Part shown: positions 8,884 through 19,755 of the stretch, piece after piece
How positions within the stretch are numbered: position 1 is the stretch's first letter
How the letters are laid out: every line of letters starts with the position of its first letter
Source of the DNA: an uncultured Hyphomonadaceae bacterium
GTDB taxonomy: Bacteria > Pseudomonadota > Alphaproteobacteria > Caulobacterales > Hyphomonadaceae
DNA: 64,000 nt
Assembly: GCA_964415675.1 (NCBI GenBank)
Contig: CAYQBG010000001.1
Location: 3,359-67,358, forward strand
Direction of reading: 5' to 3'
Made by a program: the position numbers and the translations under genes
The notes under the pieces: generated by a model
What the model saw: the letters and a program-made list of their open reading frames with translations, nothing else
Told to the model about the DNA's origin: nothing
The model's database searches: none

Positions 8884-10377
8884 TCACTCGGCCAGAGTGC
8901 CGGGGTCTTCTGCCTGGGCCGCTGCGCGCGCCGACAATGCCTGCAGGTTGGCTTCATGGTCTTCGCGATTGATGCGATAGCGACCGATGAACACCAGCAT
9001 GATTGCCCAGAACACGAAGATCGCCGGAACATAGAAGAGCGCAAGCCGCATCAGCGCACCCCCGGACACCTCGCCGGGATTGGCATTCACAGGCCAGGAA
9101 ATCAGCGTCAGGATAAGCGCGGCCGACATGATTCCGATCCCATCAACGGCCTTGCGGGTGAAGCTCAGCACGGAGAACAGAACGCCCTCGGATCGGCGCC
9201 CCGTGCGAATTTCGCTGTCCTCGGCAAGATCGGCGATCATTGAGCGCACAAGCGCGCTCATGGCGATGAAGCCGGTATACTCTCCGATCACGGAAACCAG
9301 AACGATCCAGAAGGTTAATGGATTATCGTTCGCCGGCATTAGACCGACAAGGCGAAGGCTGACCGGCGCAACGGCCAGAACAAGCGCGAGCGCTCCGAAC
9401 AGGAGCGCGCCGCCTCGCTTGCCAAACCGCGCTGACACCATAGGCGTCACAAAAAGTGCCGTGGCCGCCGAAATCAGGATGCTGGCCGTGATGATGGCTG
9501 ACTGCGTGCCGGTGAATTCCCAGTAATATCCATGGAGATAATAGATCAGCGCCGCCCCGATGCCGAATGCAGCTGCGCCGGCAAGCTGGGAGGCAAAAAG
9601 CGCGAGCAGCGACGGGTTTTTCAGGGTCTCGTAAACCTCGCCAATGGCTTTGCCGAAGCCCTGCGGCACGCTGTGGGCCTTGTGCAGATGCGGAATGTGG
9701 CGATGGGTGCCGAGCGCGCAGACCATGATCGAGGTGAAAATCGCAAGCGCTGCAAAGAACCCATAGACGCCGAAACCATCGCCATCGGTAAACGCACTGC
9801 CGGTACCCTCTGCATCGAGTATCAGGAACAAGGTGCTGGCGGCCATGACAACACCACCTGAAAACACGAAAAAGCTGCGCAAGGTCAGCAGTTTCGTGCG
9901 GTCATCATAATCGGTGGTCAGTTCCGCAGCGAGCGCCGTACAGGGCACTTCATAAAAGGTGATGAGCAGGCGCACGCTTATGGCCACGACCACGAGGAAC
10001 CAGAACAGCCCGGTTTTATCGTCTGACATCACAAGGGAATCAGGTGGGTTCCATAGCAGCCAGAAGCCCATCGCCACCGGGAGCGCAGCGCCATACATGT
10101 ATGTGTGTCGCCGGCCGAGCGGGCTCTTTGTATTGTCCGACAGATAACCGACGATGGGGTCGGAGAATGCATCGAAGAGCAGCGCCAGCATAAGAGCCAG
10201 CCCGACCTGCGCCGAGGGCATTCCAAAGGCCTGACCGTAGCACAGCATGAGGAAATAGCTGTAGCCATTCCCTTTCACACCATAGGCCGCACCACCGAAG
10301 GCATAGGAAATGCGTGTCAGCCGGTCGACAGGCGGTTTTTTTACAGGCGATGATGCGGCGTGCGTTCCGACACTCAC
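8884..10377 (-). CDS. MFS transporter, glycoside-pentoside-hexuronide (GPH)-like
   Basis: 497 aa, about 12 hydrophobic helices, N-terminal GYLSD-type motif. Substrate unknown. Confidence 0.75.
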   Translation of the reverse strand: MSVGTHAASSPVKKPPVDRLTRISYAFGGAAYGVKGNGYSYFLMLCYGQAFGMPSAQVGLALMLALLFDAFSDPIVGYLSDNTKSPLGRRHTYMYGAALPVAMGFWLLWNPPDSLVMSDDKTGLFWFLVVVAISVRLLITFYEVPCTALAAELTTDYDDRTKLLTLRSFFVFSGGVVMAASTLFLILDAEGTGSAFTDGDGFGVYGFFAALAIFTSIMVCALGTHRHIPHLHKAHSVPQGFGKAIGEVYETLKNPSLLALFASQLAGAAAFGIGAALIYYLHGYYWEFTGTQSAIITASILISAATALFVTPMVSARFGKRGGALLFGALALVLAVAPVSLRLVGLMPANDNPLTFWIVLVSVIGEYTGFIAMSALVRSMIADLAEDSEIRTGRRSEGVLFSVLSFTRKAVDGIGIMSAALILTLISWPVNANPGEVSGGALMRLALFYVPAIFVFWAIMLVFIGRYRINREDHEANLQALSARAAAQAEDPGTLAE

Positions 10378-10380
10378 TGG

Positions 10381-11601
10381 TCAGAGCCCGAGCACCATCT
10401 TCGCCATGATGTTGCGTTGGACCTCGTTCGAGCCCGCATAGATCGAGGTCTTGCGATAATTGAAATAGCTCGGCGCTGCGGTTACGGCGTAGTCGGGTGC
10501 CGGCAGGGCGTCATTGCTGCCCTCACGCAGGCCAGCCCATGTGTCGGCAACGAAGGGCTGGGCATGTATGCCGGCTGCTTCAAGGGTCAGCTCAGTGATC
10601 GCCTGCTGGGCTTCCGAGCCGGCGCATTTAAGCATCGAGCTTTCCGGCCCGACCCGCTGGCCCGCGCTTAGAGCGGACAGTATCCGCAGCTCGGTAGCGT
10701 TGAGCGACTCGACTCGAATTTCCATCTCGGCCAGCTTGCGCTGGAAGTCCGGGTCGCGGATGACAGGCTCCCCGCCCGATCTCTCGGCGCTGGCGACCTT
10801 GCGCGTTTTGGCCAGCATATTCTTCAGGCCCGGGGCGTAGGCATTGCCGCGCTCGAATTCGAGCAGGTATTTCGCATAAGTCCAGCCCTTGTTTTCCTCG
10901 CCGATCAGGTTCTCGGCCGGAACGCGGACATCCTCGAAGAAGACCTGGTTGATCTCCTGCTGGCCTTCAGGCGGACCATCAAGGGTCGGCAGGGCGCTGA
11001 CCGAGATGCCAGGTGTGGTCATATCAACCAGAATAAAGCTGATTCCCTCCTGCGGCTTGCCCTCCTTGGAAGTGCGCACCAGGCAGAAGATCCAGTCGGC
11101 ATGCTGGGCAAGCGTAGTCCAGATCTTCGATCCGTTGAGCACATATTCGTCACCATCGCGCACAGCGCTCATCTGCAGGGACGCCAGGTCAGACCCGGCC
11201 CCGGGCTCAGAATAGCCCTGACACCACCAGATATCGGATTTCAGGATAGGTGGAAGGTGCCGGTCCTTCTGCTCCTGGGTACCAAAGGCCATAATCACCG
11301 GCGCAACCATTTTAAGTCCGAAAGGCGTGATCGCCGGCGTGCCGGCCGCCGACATTTCCATGTCAAAGATAAATTTTTGCGCGGGCGTGAATCCCGCACC
11401 ACCATGTTCGACCGGCCAGTTCGGCGCGATCCAGCCGCGATCACAGAGCTTCTTCTGCCAGGCGATATGGTCGTCCTTGTCGAGATAACCGTTCTTCGAC
11501 AGGGCCTGTTTGGCTCGCAGTTCCGGAGTATAATTCTCTTCAATCCAGTCGCGCACCTCTTTCTGGAATGCACGGTCTTCGGCTGTAAATTCGAGATTCA
11601 T
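10381..11601 (-). CDS. Acyl-CoA dehydrogenase family protein
   Basis: 406 aa with QGYSEPGAGSDLASL and GSKIWTT motifs. Length and layout are typical of FadE-type ACADs. Confidence 0.9.
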   Translation of the reverse strand: MNLEFTAEDRAFQKEVRDWIEENYTPELRAKQALSKNGYLDKDDHIAWQKKLCDRGWIAPNWPVEHGGAGFTPAQKFIFDMEMSAAGTPAITPFGLKMVAPVIMAFGTQEQKDRHLPPILKSDIWWCQGYSEPGAGSDLASLQMSAVRDGDEYVLNGSKIWTTLAQHADWIFCLVRTSKEGKPQEGISFILVDMTTPGISVSALPTLDGPPEGQQEINQVFFEDVRVPAENLIGEENKGWTYAKYLLEFERGNAYAPGLKNMLAKTRKVASAERSGGEPVIRDPDFQRKLAEMEIRVESLNATELRILSALSAGQRVGPESSMLKCAGSEAQQAITELTLEAAGIHAQPFVADTWAGLREGSNDALPAPDYAVTAAPSYFNYRKTSIYAGSNEVQRNIMAKMVLGL

Positions 11602-11610
11602 GGCCTCCCC

Positions 11611-11901
11611 CTATTCCACGATGCCAAAATACTGAATATCCGGCGCGCCCGCGAGACAGGCCCCAAGGGACGGGCCGGCGGCCTTGAAATAGTCGGTCTT
11701 TCCATGGGCATCGAGCGCCTCCTGGGAGGCATATTGCTCCATGAAGATATAGTCGGTGTCAGATCCCTTCTGCTTGTAGAGCTGGTAGGTCAGGCAGCCG
11801 GGCTCGTTCGCCTTGACTTTCGCCATGAGGTCCCTGGCGACTTGTTCGAATTCCGCCTGTTTGCCATCCTGGATACTGAGCTTTGCAACGACACCGATCA
11901 T
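11611..11901 (-). CDS. Antibiotic-biosynthesis-monooxygenase (ABM) domain protein
   Basis: The 96-aa core MIGVVAKLSIQDGK...YIFMEQYASQEALDAH matches the ABM ferredoxin-like fold pattern. ATG 11901 is preceded by GGGAGGAAACC; the listed 144-aa ORF is an upstream extension. Confidence 0.75.
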   Translation of the reverse strand: MIGVVAKLSIQDGKQAEFEQVARDLMAKVKANEPGCLTYQLYKQKGSDTDYIFMEQYASQEALDAHGKTDYFKAAGPSLGACLAGAPDIQYFGIVE

Positions 11902-12050
11902 GGTTTCCTCCCGGGTGCGTGTTTCTTGTTCTACAATAGAGTGTATGCAGGTCTTGCGACAGGGCAAGTCATGACGTGGCGGAGGGCGCATGCCGTTCCG
12001 CGAACGCGGCGCCATCCTTATCGCTGACGGCACTGGGAGGGCCATTCAAC

Positions 12051-12467
12051 ATGCAGATTCACGCGACAATCATCATTTGCGGCGCGCTGGTCGCCGGGCT
12101 GGTTTTCCTGCTCGGTTTCTGGGTCTCGATAACCCGCGCACGCACCAAGCTCATTTATAACGATCAGGTCTCGCCGCCTGACAGTGCCATGGCCAAGGCC
12201 CAGCGCGCACATGGCAATTCGGCGGAATATGCAGGCCCGGTGATCGGCGTCTTCATATTTGTCGGTCTCGCCTATGCCGGGCGCGATCCTGGCCTGGCTG
12301 TGACAAGCCTCGTGATTGCGGTGACAGCGGGACGCTTCCTTCATGCGCTTGGCTGTCTGACGGGGAAAACGCTCGCTGCACCGCATCCGCTGAAAGCCTT
12401 CGGCGCCATCACAACATATTTTGGCGGCCTGGCACTCGCCGGCCTCGCCATCGCAAAAGCTGTCTGA
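12051..12467 (+). CDS. MAPEG-family small membrane protein
   Basis: 138 aa with 3-4 TM helices and a RAHGNSAEY motif. ATG 12051 has GGGAGG about 10 nt upstream. Confidence 0.7.
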   Translation: MQIHATIIICGALVAGLVFLLGFWVSITRARTKLIYNDQVSPPDSAMAKAQRAHGNSAEYAGPVIGVFIFVGLAYAGRDPGLAVTSLVIAVTAGRFLHALGCLTGKTLAAPHPLKAFGAITTYFGGLALAGLAIAKAV

Positions 12468-12475
12468 CACCCTCC

Positions 12476-12508
12476 GAAAGAAAAATGGCCGTCCCCGAAA
12501 GGACGGCC
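12476..12508 (-). terminator. Rho-independent terminator oriented for the minus strand
   Basis: On the minus strand this reads GGCCGTCC-tttcgg-GGACGGCC followed by ATTTTTCTTT. On the plus strand no T-tract follows the stem. Confidence 0.55.
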
Positions 12509-12647
12509 AGTTGAGCAAGAAGGACGCCAGCACGAGGTGCCTTGGAAGCTCCATACGCCCCGCGCTGACATGTTCCTTTTAGCGCAATGAGTCTGAATGG
12601 AGCTGGCACGCCAATCCATCAGTTCGTTCATCTTTAGCGGATGCGCA

Positions 12648-12679
12648 GGCGTTTCTGAACAAGCGTTCAGCCAAACGCC
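12648..12679 (-). terminator. GC-rich hairpin 18 nt downstream of the histidine-phosphatase stop (no U-tract)
   Basis: GGCGTTTCTGAAC-aagc-GTTCAGccAAACGCC forms a 13-bp interrupted stem. Confidence 0.3.
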
Positions 12680-12696
12680 GCCTGCAAGCGAAAAAA

Positions 12697-13434
12697 CTAC
12701 TCGCCTGTGCTGGCAAAAATCGCTTCGAGGCTTCGCAGGTTCATCCCATTCTTGAGATAATTGGCGGGTGTCAGGTTCACCGCCTTTATCACTGCGCGCT
12801 CGATGACTGTCTCTCCAGACTCTCCATCCGCCGGGACGAGGTCGAAATCAATAATGTTTATGCAGCCAGTGTCCTGTTCAAACCCGGCCGACGCCCCAAG
12901 AGGTGCGCCAATCGCCCAGGCAAGCGCCAGCCGGTTGATCCCTTCATGGGCGACAACCAGTGCGGTGTGCCAGCCGGGACGCGCGAGAAGCGTCTGGAAA
13001 CCTTCGATCACGCGCGACATCGCATCGGCAAAGGCCTCTCCGCCTTCAAGGAAGGTCGCGCCCGGATTGCCCGCTGCCTCGAACTGGAAGGTCATGATTG
13101 CAGCCAGCTGCTGGGCACTCTGGAAGTCGATATATCGGCCCGAACGCAGTTCCTCAAAGCGCCGCTCCTCTTCCAGCGGCAGGTCATAGGGGTGCGCTTC
13201 GAGTACAAGCTCAGCCGTTTCGCGCGTCCGGGTCAGGCCTGAACACATAGCGATGTCGAAATGCACATCGGCCAGTGCGGCCCCGGCAGCACGCGCTTCG
13301 TCGCGGCCCATTTCCGTCAGATAGGCCTGCGTCGGATCTCGCGCTTCGCGCACCCGGCGGGATGTATAATCGACAAAGCCATGACGCATCAGATATACGC
13401 GCCGGCGTCCCGTTGTGCCCGGTAGCGCGCTCAT
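12697..13434 (-). CDS. Histidine phosphatase (phosphoglycerate-mutase-like) family protein
   Basis: N-terminal VYLMRHGF (RHG catalytic motif) and a later HEG motif. Its start overlaps the upstream stop by ATGA (13431-13434). Confidence 0.85.
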   Translation of the reverse strand: MSALPGTTGRRRVYLMRHGFVDYTSRRVREARDPTQAYLTEMGRDEARAAGAALADVHFDIAMCSGLTRTRETAELVLEAHPYDLPLEEERRFEELRSGRYIDFQSAQQLAAIMTFQFEAAGNPGATFLEGGEAFADAMSRVIEGFQTLLARPGWHTALVVAHEGINRLALAWAIGAPLGASAGFEQDTGCINIIDFDLVPADGESGETVIERAVIKAVNLTPANYLKNGMNLRSLEAIFASTGE

Positions 13435-14531
13435 CCCCTGCTCACGTCCCAGTCAGACAGGATATCGTCGCTATGCTCACCGGGACCGGGCGTGCGCCCG
13501 GCAATGGCGCCCGGTGTCTTGGAAAAACGCGGCGCAGGTGCGGGTTGGACCACGCCTTCATATTCCACGAAGGTTCCGCGGGCCTGATTGTGCGGGTGGG
13601 ACGGCGCCTCAGCCAGGGTCAGGACCGGCGCGAAGCAGATATCTGTGCCCTCCATGATCTCGCACCATTCGTCGCGTGTCTTCGTCTTAATCATGGCAAT
13701 GAGCTTTTCCTTAAGCTCCGGCCATTTCTCCCTGTTCATCTGGTCCTTGAAACCGGGATCGTCGAGACCGGCCTTTTCCAGGAGGATGGCGTAGAATTGC
13801 GGCTCGATCGACCCAAGCGAGACATATTTCCCGTCCGCGCATTCATATGTGTCGTAGAAATGGGCACCGCCATCAAGAAGGTTGGACTCGCGCTCATCGC
13901 TCCACATGCCGGACGCCCGCATGCCATAGAACATGGATGCCAGCGAGGCGGCCCCGTCAGTCATGGCACAGTCGATCACCTGCCCTTCCCCGCCGGCGCG
14001 CGCATTTATGACCCCGGCAAGAAGGCCAAAAGCGAGATAGAGCGCGCCGCCGCCATAATCGCCAATCAGGTTCAGCGGGGGATAGGGACGCTCACCCTTG
14101 CGGCCCATTGCGCCGAGTGCGCCGGTCAGCGCGATATAATTCAGGTCATGACCGGCCGCATGCGCCAGCGGCCCGCTTTGTCCCCAACCGGTCATGCGAC
14201 CATAGACCAGTTTCGGATTGCGTGTGAGCGCCACATCCGGGCCAAGGCCCAGTCGCTCCATGACACCGGGACGAAAACCCTCGATCAGCCCGTCAGCCTT
14301 TTCCATGAGCCGAAGCGCTGTCTCGACATCGCCCTTGTCCTTGAGATCCAGCCCGATCGAGCGCCGGCCGCGCCCGGTGACATCGGCCGCGTGTCCCTTA
14401 CGACCGTCACCCTGGCGATCGATCCGAACCACGTCAGCGCCGAGATCAGAGAGCAGCATGCCGCAGAACGGCCCCGGCCCGATCCCGGCAAACTCAACGA
14501 TTTTAACACCCGAAAGCGGTCCCTGACCCAT
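13431..14531 (-). CDS. Family III CoA-transferase (CaiB/BaiF; alpha-methylacyl-CoA racemase-like)
   Basis: 366 aa with the N-terminal signature [32 protein letters not shown]. Confidence 0.9.
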   Translation of the reverse strand: MGQGPLSGVKIVEFAGIGPGPFCGMLLSDLGADVVRIDRQGDGRKGHAADVTGRGRRSIGLDLKDKGDVETALRLMEKADGLIEGFRPGVMERLGLGPDVALTRNPKLVYGRMTGWGQSGPLAHAAGHDLNYIALTGALGAMGRKGERPYPPLNLIGDYGGGALYLAFGLLAGVINARAGGEGQVIDCAMTDGAASLASMFYGMRASGMWSDERESNLLDGGAHFYDTYECADGKYVSLGSIEPQFYAILLEKAGLDDPGFKDQMNREKWPELKEKLIAMIKTKTRDEWCEIMEGTDICFAPVLTLAEAPSHPHNQARGTFVEYEGVVQPAPAPRFSKTPGAIAGRTPGPGEHSDDILSDWDVSRG

Positions 14532-14610
14532 ATTTGTCTCCCTTGCCTTTCGCCCGGTCGTGACGCCGGAATTGCCTTAGTCAACCCAGTATTAAGAGAC
14601 CGGGCGTCAA

Positions 14611-15915
14611 ATGAAAGCCGTTCCGTTGCGTCCTGAGTCGTCCACCATGCCCGATCTGACCTATCTTCACCCCCAAATCGAAATTCTCTCGACGAGCCCG
14701 CGCCATGAGATGATCTGCGAGCGGCTGCGCGAACTTCGTTTTCGCCCGCTGCGCGCCGAACCACCCGTCTGCTTCGAAACACCCCAACCCCTGCTCGTCG
14801 ATCTGCCGAGTATTACACCGGAACAGGCCTCCCAGATGAAACGTGCCTGGCTGAAAGGCCTCAGGGGGCCCCTGATCCTGCTGCGGCCCAATGACGACGG
14901 GCTCCTGCGTAGTCGTGACGCGATCCTGCTAAGCGATGAGAATGATCTTGACAGTCTGCCCGCGCGGCTGGAATTGCGCCGCCGACAGGCGATACGACGT
15001 AGCGAGACTTCCATTCGAAAAGGCGTTTGCGAATCGTTTGGTGAGCAAACCGACATCACGGCAGCAGCGCTCGCTGGAGGCGTTATCCTTTATGTTGGCG
15101 ATATCAGCGCAGACTTCCTTCCCCTGAAGCGATCGCTTGTCAGACAGGGCTTCAGGCTCCGTTCCGCCATGAGCGCGATGACCGCACTGTCCTATCTTGA
15201 TGCTGAACCCTTCCTGGCCTGCCTCGTCACAGACACACCCGATGGCCCCGGGCCGGCTTTTCTGGACGTGCTGGAAAAGCGGCGCACATCACATCCGCCG
15301 CTCATGCTGGTCGCCGGGAAGGGCCCGTTGCGCCATTCGGAAATTGTCGATGAGATCGTTTCCGCCGACCTGCCAGCAGAGGTCATTTCAGCCACGCTCA
15401 GTGAATTGGCTAACCAGCCCACCCTGACAACGCGCGAAAGTGAAACGCGGCTGTCATCGCGCACCCACGACCCGGCCACAGGGCTCTACAACATGGATTT
15501 TCTTCGCGCATGTGTCGCGCAGCAACTCGCGGCCAGCGACGCAGGCGAGGAATCGTTGAGCCTTCTGCACCTCCGGCTTAGGTCAGCACGCGACCAGGAC
15601 GTCGCCGCGCGCGCGGCCCTGCCCAAACTCGCCGATTTCCTGATCGCGAACCTGCGCAATGCTGACCTTGCGGCCCGCGCGGATGGCTGTAGCATCATCG
15701 TCAGCCTTCGCGATACCGGTCACACTGGGGCACTTGCCCTTGCCCAGCGCCTGATCGACGCACTTGGAGGAGAGAATACAGGCGCACCGGGTACGCCCCT
15801 GCCGTTCGGCGGCTCGCTCAGCTGGCGGGTGGTGGAACGGCGCGCCTATCATACGGCCGATACACTCATCCAATCGGCGCTTGCCGGCCCCTATGTCTCA
15901 GCATCCGCAGCCTGA
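14611..15915 (+). CDS. PopA/PleD-like protein: two receiver-like domains plus a degenerate GGDEF domain (A-site lost, RxxD I-site kept)
   Basis: The C-terminal domain aligns by eye to PleD: DPATGLYNMDF vs DQLTGLHNRRY, and RNAD-LAARA-DGCSI-IVSLRDT vs RAID-LPCRY-GGEEF-VVIMPDT. Two upstream alpha/beta receiver-like segments are present (LLVDLPS, CLVTDTP). An alternative start is at 14647. The 3' end overlaps the mfd stop region by 25 nt. Confidence 0.7.
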   Translation: MKAVPLRPESSTMPDLTYLHPQIEILSTSPRHEMICERLRELRFRPLRAEPPVCFETPQPLLVDLPSITPEQASQMKRAWLKGLRGPLILLRPNDDGLLRSRDAILLSDENDLDSLPARLELRRRQAIRRSETSIRKGVCESFGEQTDITAAALAGGVILYVGDISADFLPLKRSLVRQGFRLRSAMSAMTALSYLDAEPFLACLVTDTPDGPGPAFLDVLEKRRTSHPPLMLVAGKGPLRHSEIVDEIVSADLPAEVISATLSELANQPTLTTRESETRLSSRTHDPATGLYNMDFLRACVAQQLAASDAGEESLSLLHLRLRSARDQDVAARAALPKLADFLIANLRNADLAARADGCSIIVSLRDTGHTGALALAQRLIDALGGENTGAPGTPLPFGGSLSWRVVERRAYHTADTLIQSALAGPYVSASAA

Positions 15916-18900
15916 AGAGAGCTGGCACCCTCAAGTTCCTTCAACAGATTGCGCACCTGACTCATCCTGTGTTCCGGACTGCCGGCTGTACCCGTGATCA
16001 CAAGCTTGGAATCAGGACGCAGTTTCAGCTGTGACGGGCGCGCGCGCACCAGCGTCATGAGGCTGGCCGGATCGACGGCTGTATCCTCACGGAAGGTGAA
16101 AACGGCGCCCTTCGGCCCTGCGTCGATCTTGGCAATACCGAGCGCTTTGCAGCGTGCCTTGATGCCGGTCACATCCATCAGCTGGCGTGTCTCGGGTGGC
16201 ATCGGGCCGAACCGGTCGATAAGCTCGGCAGCGAAACTCTCACGCTCGGTCTCGGTCTCGATATCGGCGAGCCGGCGATACAGCGACAGTCGCACATCCA
16301 GCGCTTCGACATAGGTTTCCGGAATAAGAACAGCGACACCCAAATTGATCTGCGGCGACCAGTCATCCGCCAGCTTGCCCGGATCCCCTTCGCCAGCCTG
16401 CAGCGCCTTGACCGCGTCTTCCAGCATCTGCTGGTAAAGCTCCACGCCGACTTCCCTGACATGTCCCGACTGCTCGTCACCCAGCAGGTTGCCTGACCCG
16501 CGCATGTCGAGATCATGACTGGCGAGCTGGAAGCCTGCTCCGAGGCTGTCGAGGGATTGCAACACGCGGAGGCGTTTATCGGCCCCTTCCGTGATCACCT
16601 GGTCCTTCGGCAGAGTGAAATACGCATAGGCACGGAGTTTCGAACGCCCGACCCGCCCGCGCAACTGATAAAGCTGGGCCAGGCCAAACCGGTCGGCGCG
16701 GTGGATGATCAGCGTGTTCGCGCGGGGAATGTCCAGCCCGCTCTCGACGATGGTGGTGGACAACAAGATATCATATTTGCCCTCATAGAAGGCTGTCATG
16801 ATGTCATCGAGCTCGCTGGCGCCCATCTGTCCATGGGCCACGATGAAGGACACTTCGGGCACATTGTCGCGGAGGAAGGATTCCAGCTCGTCCAGGTCGG
16901 AAATCCGCGGCGCAACAAAAAAGGCCTGACCGCCGCGATACTTCTCCCGCAGCAACGCCTCGCGCAGTGTGATCGTATCGAACTCGGTGACATAAGTGCG
17001 CACTGACAGCCGGTCGACAGGCGGTGTCGCAATAATCGACAGATCGCGAATGCCTGTCAGCGCCATTTGCAGCGTGCGTGGGATCGGTGTCGCCGAAAGT
17101 GTCAGTACATGAACGTCCGCACGCAGCTCCTTCAGCCTTTCCTTGTGCTTGACGCCGAACCGCTGCTCTTCATCGACGATCATCAGCCCGAGATTCCGGA
17201 ATTCGACCCCTTCTGCGAGCAGGGCGTGTGTACCGACGACCACATCCACCTTGCCCGATTTCAGGCCGTCCTTCGTGTCGGCAGCCTCCTTGCCGGTTAC
17301 CAGCCGCGAGAGTTGGCGTACCTCCATCGGCCAGCCGGACATGCGTTCTGCAAAAGTCTGGTAGTGCTGGCGCGCCAGCAGCGTCGTCGGCGCAATCACC
17401 GCCACCTGCATGCCGCTCATCGCCGCCATGAATGCGCCCCGAAGGGCGACTTCGGTCTTGCCGAAACCGACATCACCGCAGACCAGCCTATCCATCGGTC
17501 TTCCCGATGACAGGTCAGAAATAACATCCTCGATCGCATTGAGCTGGTCGTCAGTTTCCTCATACGGGAAACGGGCCGCGAATTCCTCATAGATGCCTTC
17601 GCCGGCCGTGGTCGGCTCAGCCTTCCTGAGTGCGCGCTGAGCCGCGATCTCCATCAGCTCGGCCGCCATTTCGAGGATGCGCTTCTTGGCTTTCGCCTTG
17701 CGCGACTGCCAGCTGGCCCCGCCGAGCTTGTCAATCGCGCTCTCGCTGGCCTCTCCGCCATAGCGACTGATCAGGTCGATATTCTCGACAGGAAGGAAAA
17801 TCCGGTCACCCCCGGCATATTCCAGTTCAAGACAGTCATGCGGCGCGCCGGTCAGCTCCAGCGTCTTCAGCCCGTCATAGCGTCCCACACCATGATCAAC
17901 ATGCACGATCAGGTCGCCCATGCTCAACACTCCGGCCTCGGCGATGAAATTGGCGGCCTTGCGTTTGCGACGGGGAGCCGCGAGCCGGTCTCCGAGGATG
18001 TCGGGTTCGGCGATGACTGCGAGCGTGTCAGTGATGAAACCCTGTTCGATCGGCAATTCGCAGACGGTCGTGCCGGCCGCCTGCGCCGCCGCAAGCGAAT
18101 AAGCGCGGTCAAGGTCGTCCATGCCATGGTCCGCCATGACATTGACCAGCCGGTCAGCCGAACCGCTGGTCCAGGCAGCAAGTATCACCTTGCGGCCGCC
18201 CTCGAAAAGGTGGCGCACATGAGCCGCCACCGCTTCGAAAATATTGATATCGGGACGCGCGCGCTCCGGGGCAAAATCTCGCCCTGTCCTCGCACCGAGG
18301 TCGACCGCATGGGTGCCCGGATCGGCGGCACTGAAACGCGCTACCGCCCGGCTCGACAGGGCCGCCTCCAGTTCTTTCGCACTGAGATAAAGCGCATCGG
18401 GCGGCAGGATGCGGGCCTTCGCTTCGTCGCCGCCTGCCGCATCGAGACGGGCGGCATGATAGTCCGACGCCTGGGCAAGGCGTTCGCTCGCCGCTTCGCC
18501 TGCTAGCGGCGACACACCAAACAGGGCATCGGCGCCAGCATAGTCGAACACTGTCTCCAGACCATCATAGAAAAGCGGGAGCCAGTTCTCGATCCCCTGA
18601 CGGCGGATGGAGGCCCGCGCGGCCTCATAGAGCGGATCACCGCCAGGCGGGCCAAAACGGGTGAGGTAGCGCTCACGAAACCCGCTGAGTATCTCGCTAT
18701 TGAACAGGAGCTCGCTGACCGGTGCGAAGGCCATGCCTTTCAGATTTCCGCGCGAACGCTGGGTCTCCGGGTCAAAACTGCGCAGGGACTCCAGTGTGTC
18801 ACCGAAAAAATCAAGACGGATCGGCCAGTCCGACGTTGGTGGATAGATATCCACGATCCCGCCCCGGATCGCATATTCGCCGCGTTCGCGAACGGTGGAA

Positions 18901-19364
18901 TTGCGCACATAACCGTTCGCGGACAGGTAGCTGGTGAGATCGTCCTGCATGACCACGCCGCCGACAGCGAGTGACAGGCTCGACGCGCGCATGACATCTC
19001 GCGGCGGTACGCGCTGGACGATCGCCGAGGCCGTTGTCACCAGAAGCATTGGCACAGCGCCGCCGTTCACCTCCGCGAGCCTTGCCAGCGCCGCGCAACG
19101 ACGAGCGGCAGTCGCCGGCGTGGGGGAGATCCGGTCATACGGCAGCGCATCCCAGCCCGGCAGGTGAACAAGATCCAGCGTAGGCTCGGCAAACTCAGCC
19201 ACCTTCAGGGCCGCATCAGCCTGCTTGTCGTCGCGCGCGACATAAACGGCCCGCCCGCCCCGGCTCATCAGGGCCTCGACGAGCGCGATCAGGTCGGCCC
19301 CGAAGGGCGCGCCGGCGATGGACGCCGGACCGGTCAGATTGGCGAGCAACTTATCTGGCGTCAT
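15891..19364 (-). CDS. mfd: Transcription-repair coupling factor
   Basis: 1157 aa with helicase motifs [11 protein letters not shown] and [10 protein letters not shown], and N-terminal UvrB-homology and C-terminal TRCF regions. Confidence 0.97.
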   Translation of the reverse strand: MTPDKLLANLTGPASIAGAPFGADLIALVEALMSRGGRAVYVARDDKQADAALKVAEFAEPTLDLVHLPGWDALPYDRISPTPATAARRCAALARLAEVNGGAVPMLLVTTASAIVQRVPPRDVMRASSLSLAVGGVVMQDDLTSYLSANGYVRNSTVRERGEYAIRGGIVDIYPPTSDWPIRLDFFGDTLESLRSFDPETQRSRGNLKGMAFAPVSELLFNSEILSGFRERYLTRFGPPGGDPLYEAARASIRRQGIENWLPLFYDGLETVFDYAGADALFGVSPLAGEAASERLAQASDYHAARLDAAGGDEAKARILPPDALYLSAKELEAALSSRAVARFSAADPGTHAVDLGARTGRDFAPERARPDINIFEAVAAHVRHLFEGGRKVILAAWTSGSADRLVNVMADHGMDDLDRAYSLAAAQAAGTTVCELPIEQGFITDTLAVIAEPDILGDRLAAPRRKRKAANFIAEAGVLSMGDLIVHVDHGVGRYDGLKTLELTGAPHDCLELEYAGGDRIFLPVENIDLISRYGGEASESAIDKLGGASWQSRKAKAKKRILEMAAELMEIAAQRALRKAEPTTAGEGIYEEFAARFPYEETDDQLNAIEDVISDLSSGRPMDRLVCGDVGFGKTEVALRGAFMAAMSGMQVAVIAPTTLLARQHYQTFAERMSGWPMEVRQLSRLVTGKEAADTKDGLKSGKVDVVVGTHALLAEGVEFRNLGLMIVDEEQRFGVKHKERLKELRADVHVLTLSATPIPRTLQMALTGIRDLSIIATPPVDRLSVRTYVTEFDTITLREALLREKYRGGQAFFVAPRISDLDELESFLRDNVPEVSFIVAHGQMGASELDDIMTAFYEGKYDILLSTTIVESGLDIPRANTLIIHRADRFGLAQLYQLRGRVGRSKLRAYAYFTLPKDQVITEGADKRLRVLQSLDSLGAGFQLASHDLDMRGSGNLLGDEQSGHVREVGVELYQQMLEDAVKALQAGEGDPGKLADDWSPQINLGVAVLIPETYVEALDVRLSLYRRLADIETETERESFAAELIDRFGPMPPETRQLMDVTGIKARCKALGIAKIDAGPKGAVFTFREDTAVDPASLMTLVRARPSQLKLRPDSKLVITGTAGSPEHRMSQVRNLLKELEGASSLQAADAET

Positions 19365-19394
19365 CGAAAAATCCTGCCGGGTGAGGGAAGGCGG

Positions 19395-19655
19395 TCAGCC
19401 GGGCTCGGCCTCGTAGCGGAATGCGATGAGCTGGTCCAGCACCGGACCGCGATGATTTTCCGGCACACTCTTCTGTCCGAGGATCCAGGCATAGACCTCC
19501 CAGTCGGGCACAGAGAGCAGGCGCTCAAACTCCGCGAGCTCGACAGCATCGAATTCGTCGATCTTCTGATCGGCAAAACTGCCCATGATCAGGTCCATTT
19601 CGCGAAAGCCCCGGCGCCAGGCGCGGAATTGCAGCTTGCGGCGTTCTGTATCCAT
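19395..19655 (-). CDS. sdhE: Succinate dehydrogenase assembly factor 2 (SdhE/YgfY family)
   Basis: 86-aa core with RRGFREMDLIMGSF (the RGxxE motif of the family). ATG at 19655. The listed 194-aa ORF is an upstream extension that overlaps the recG promoter region. Confidence 0.8.
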   Translation of the reverse strand: MDTERRKLQFRAWRRGFREMDLIMGSFADQKIDEFDAVELAEFERLLSVPDWEVYAWILGQKSVPENHRGPVLDQLIAFRYEAEPG

Positions 19656-19755
19656 TATCGTCTCACTTTCATTCAACTCCCGCCTCCAGATAGGGTGTGC
19701 AAGCCGACGCGCCACTGATTGCGGGAAGCTGCCGGGCCGTCTAGCTTCCATCATC

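Noticed and set aside
12409-12609. 66-aa ORF with an AAGGA-like sequence in the MAPEG/phosphatase gap
   Set aside because: The SD-like sequence is only 2 nt from the ATG. The ORF also reads through the terminator stem into MAPEG antisense, so an RNA-level explanation is more plausible.
13275-14636. 453-aa ORF on the plus strand
   Set aside because: It is entirely antisense to the well-supported CoA-transferase gene. The translation is Arg/Ala/Pro-rich with no motifs, typical of a shadow ORF in GC-rich DNA.
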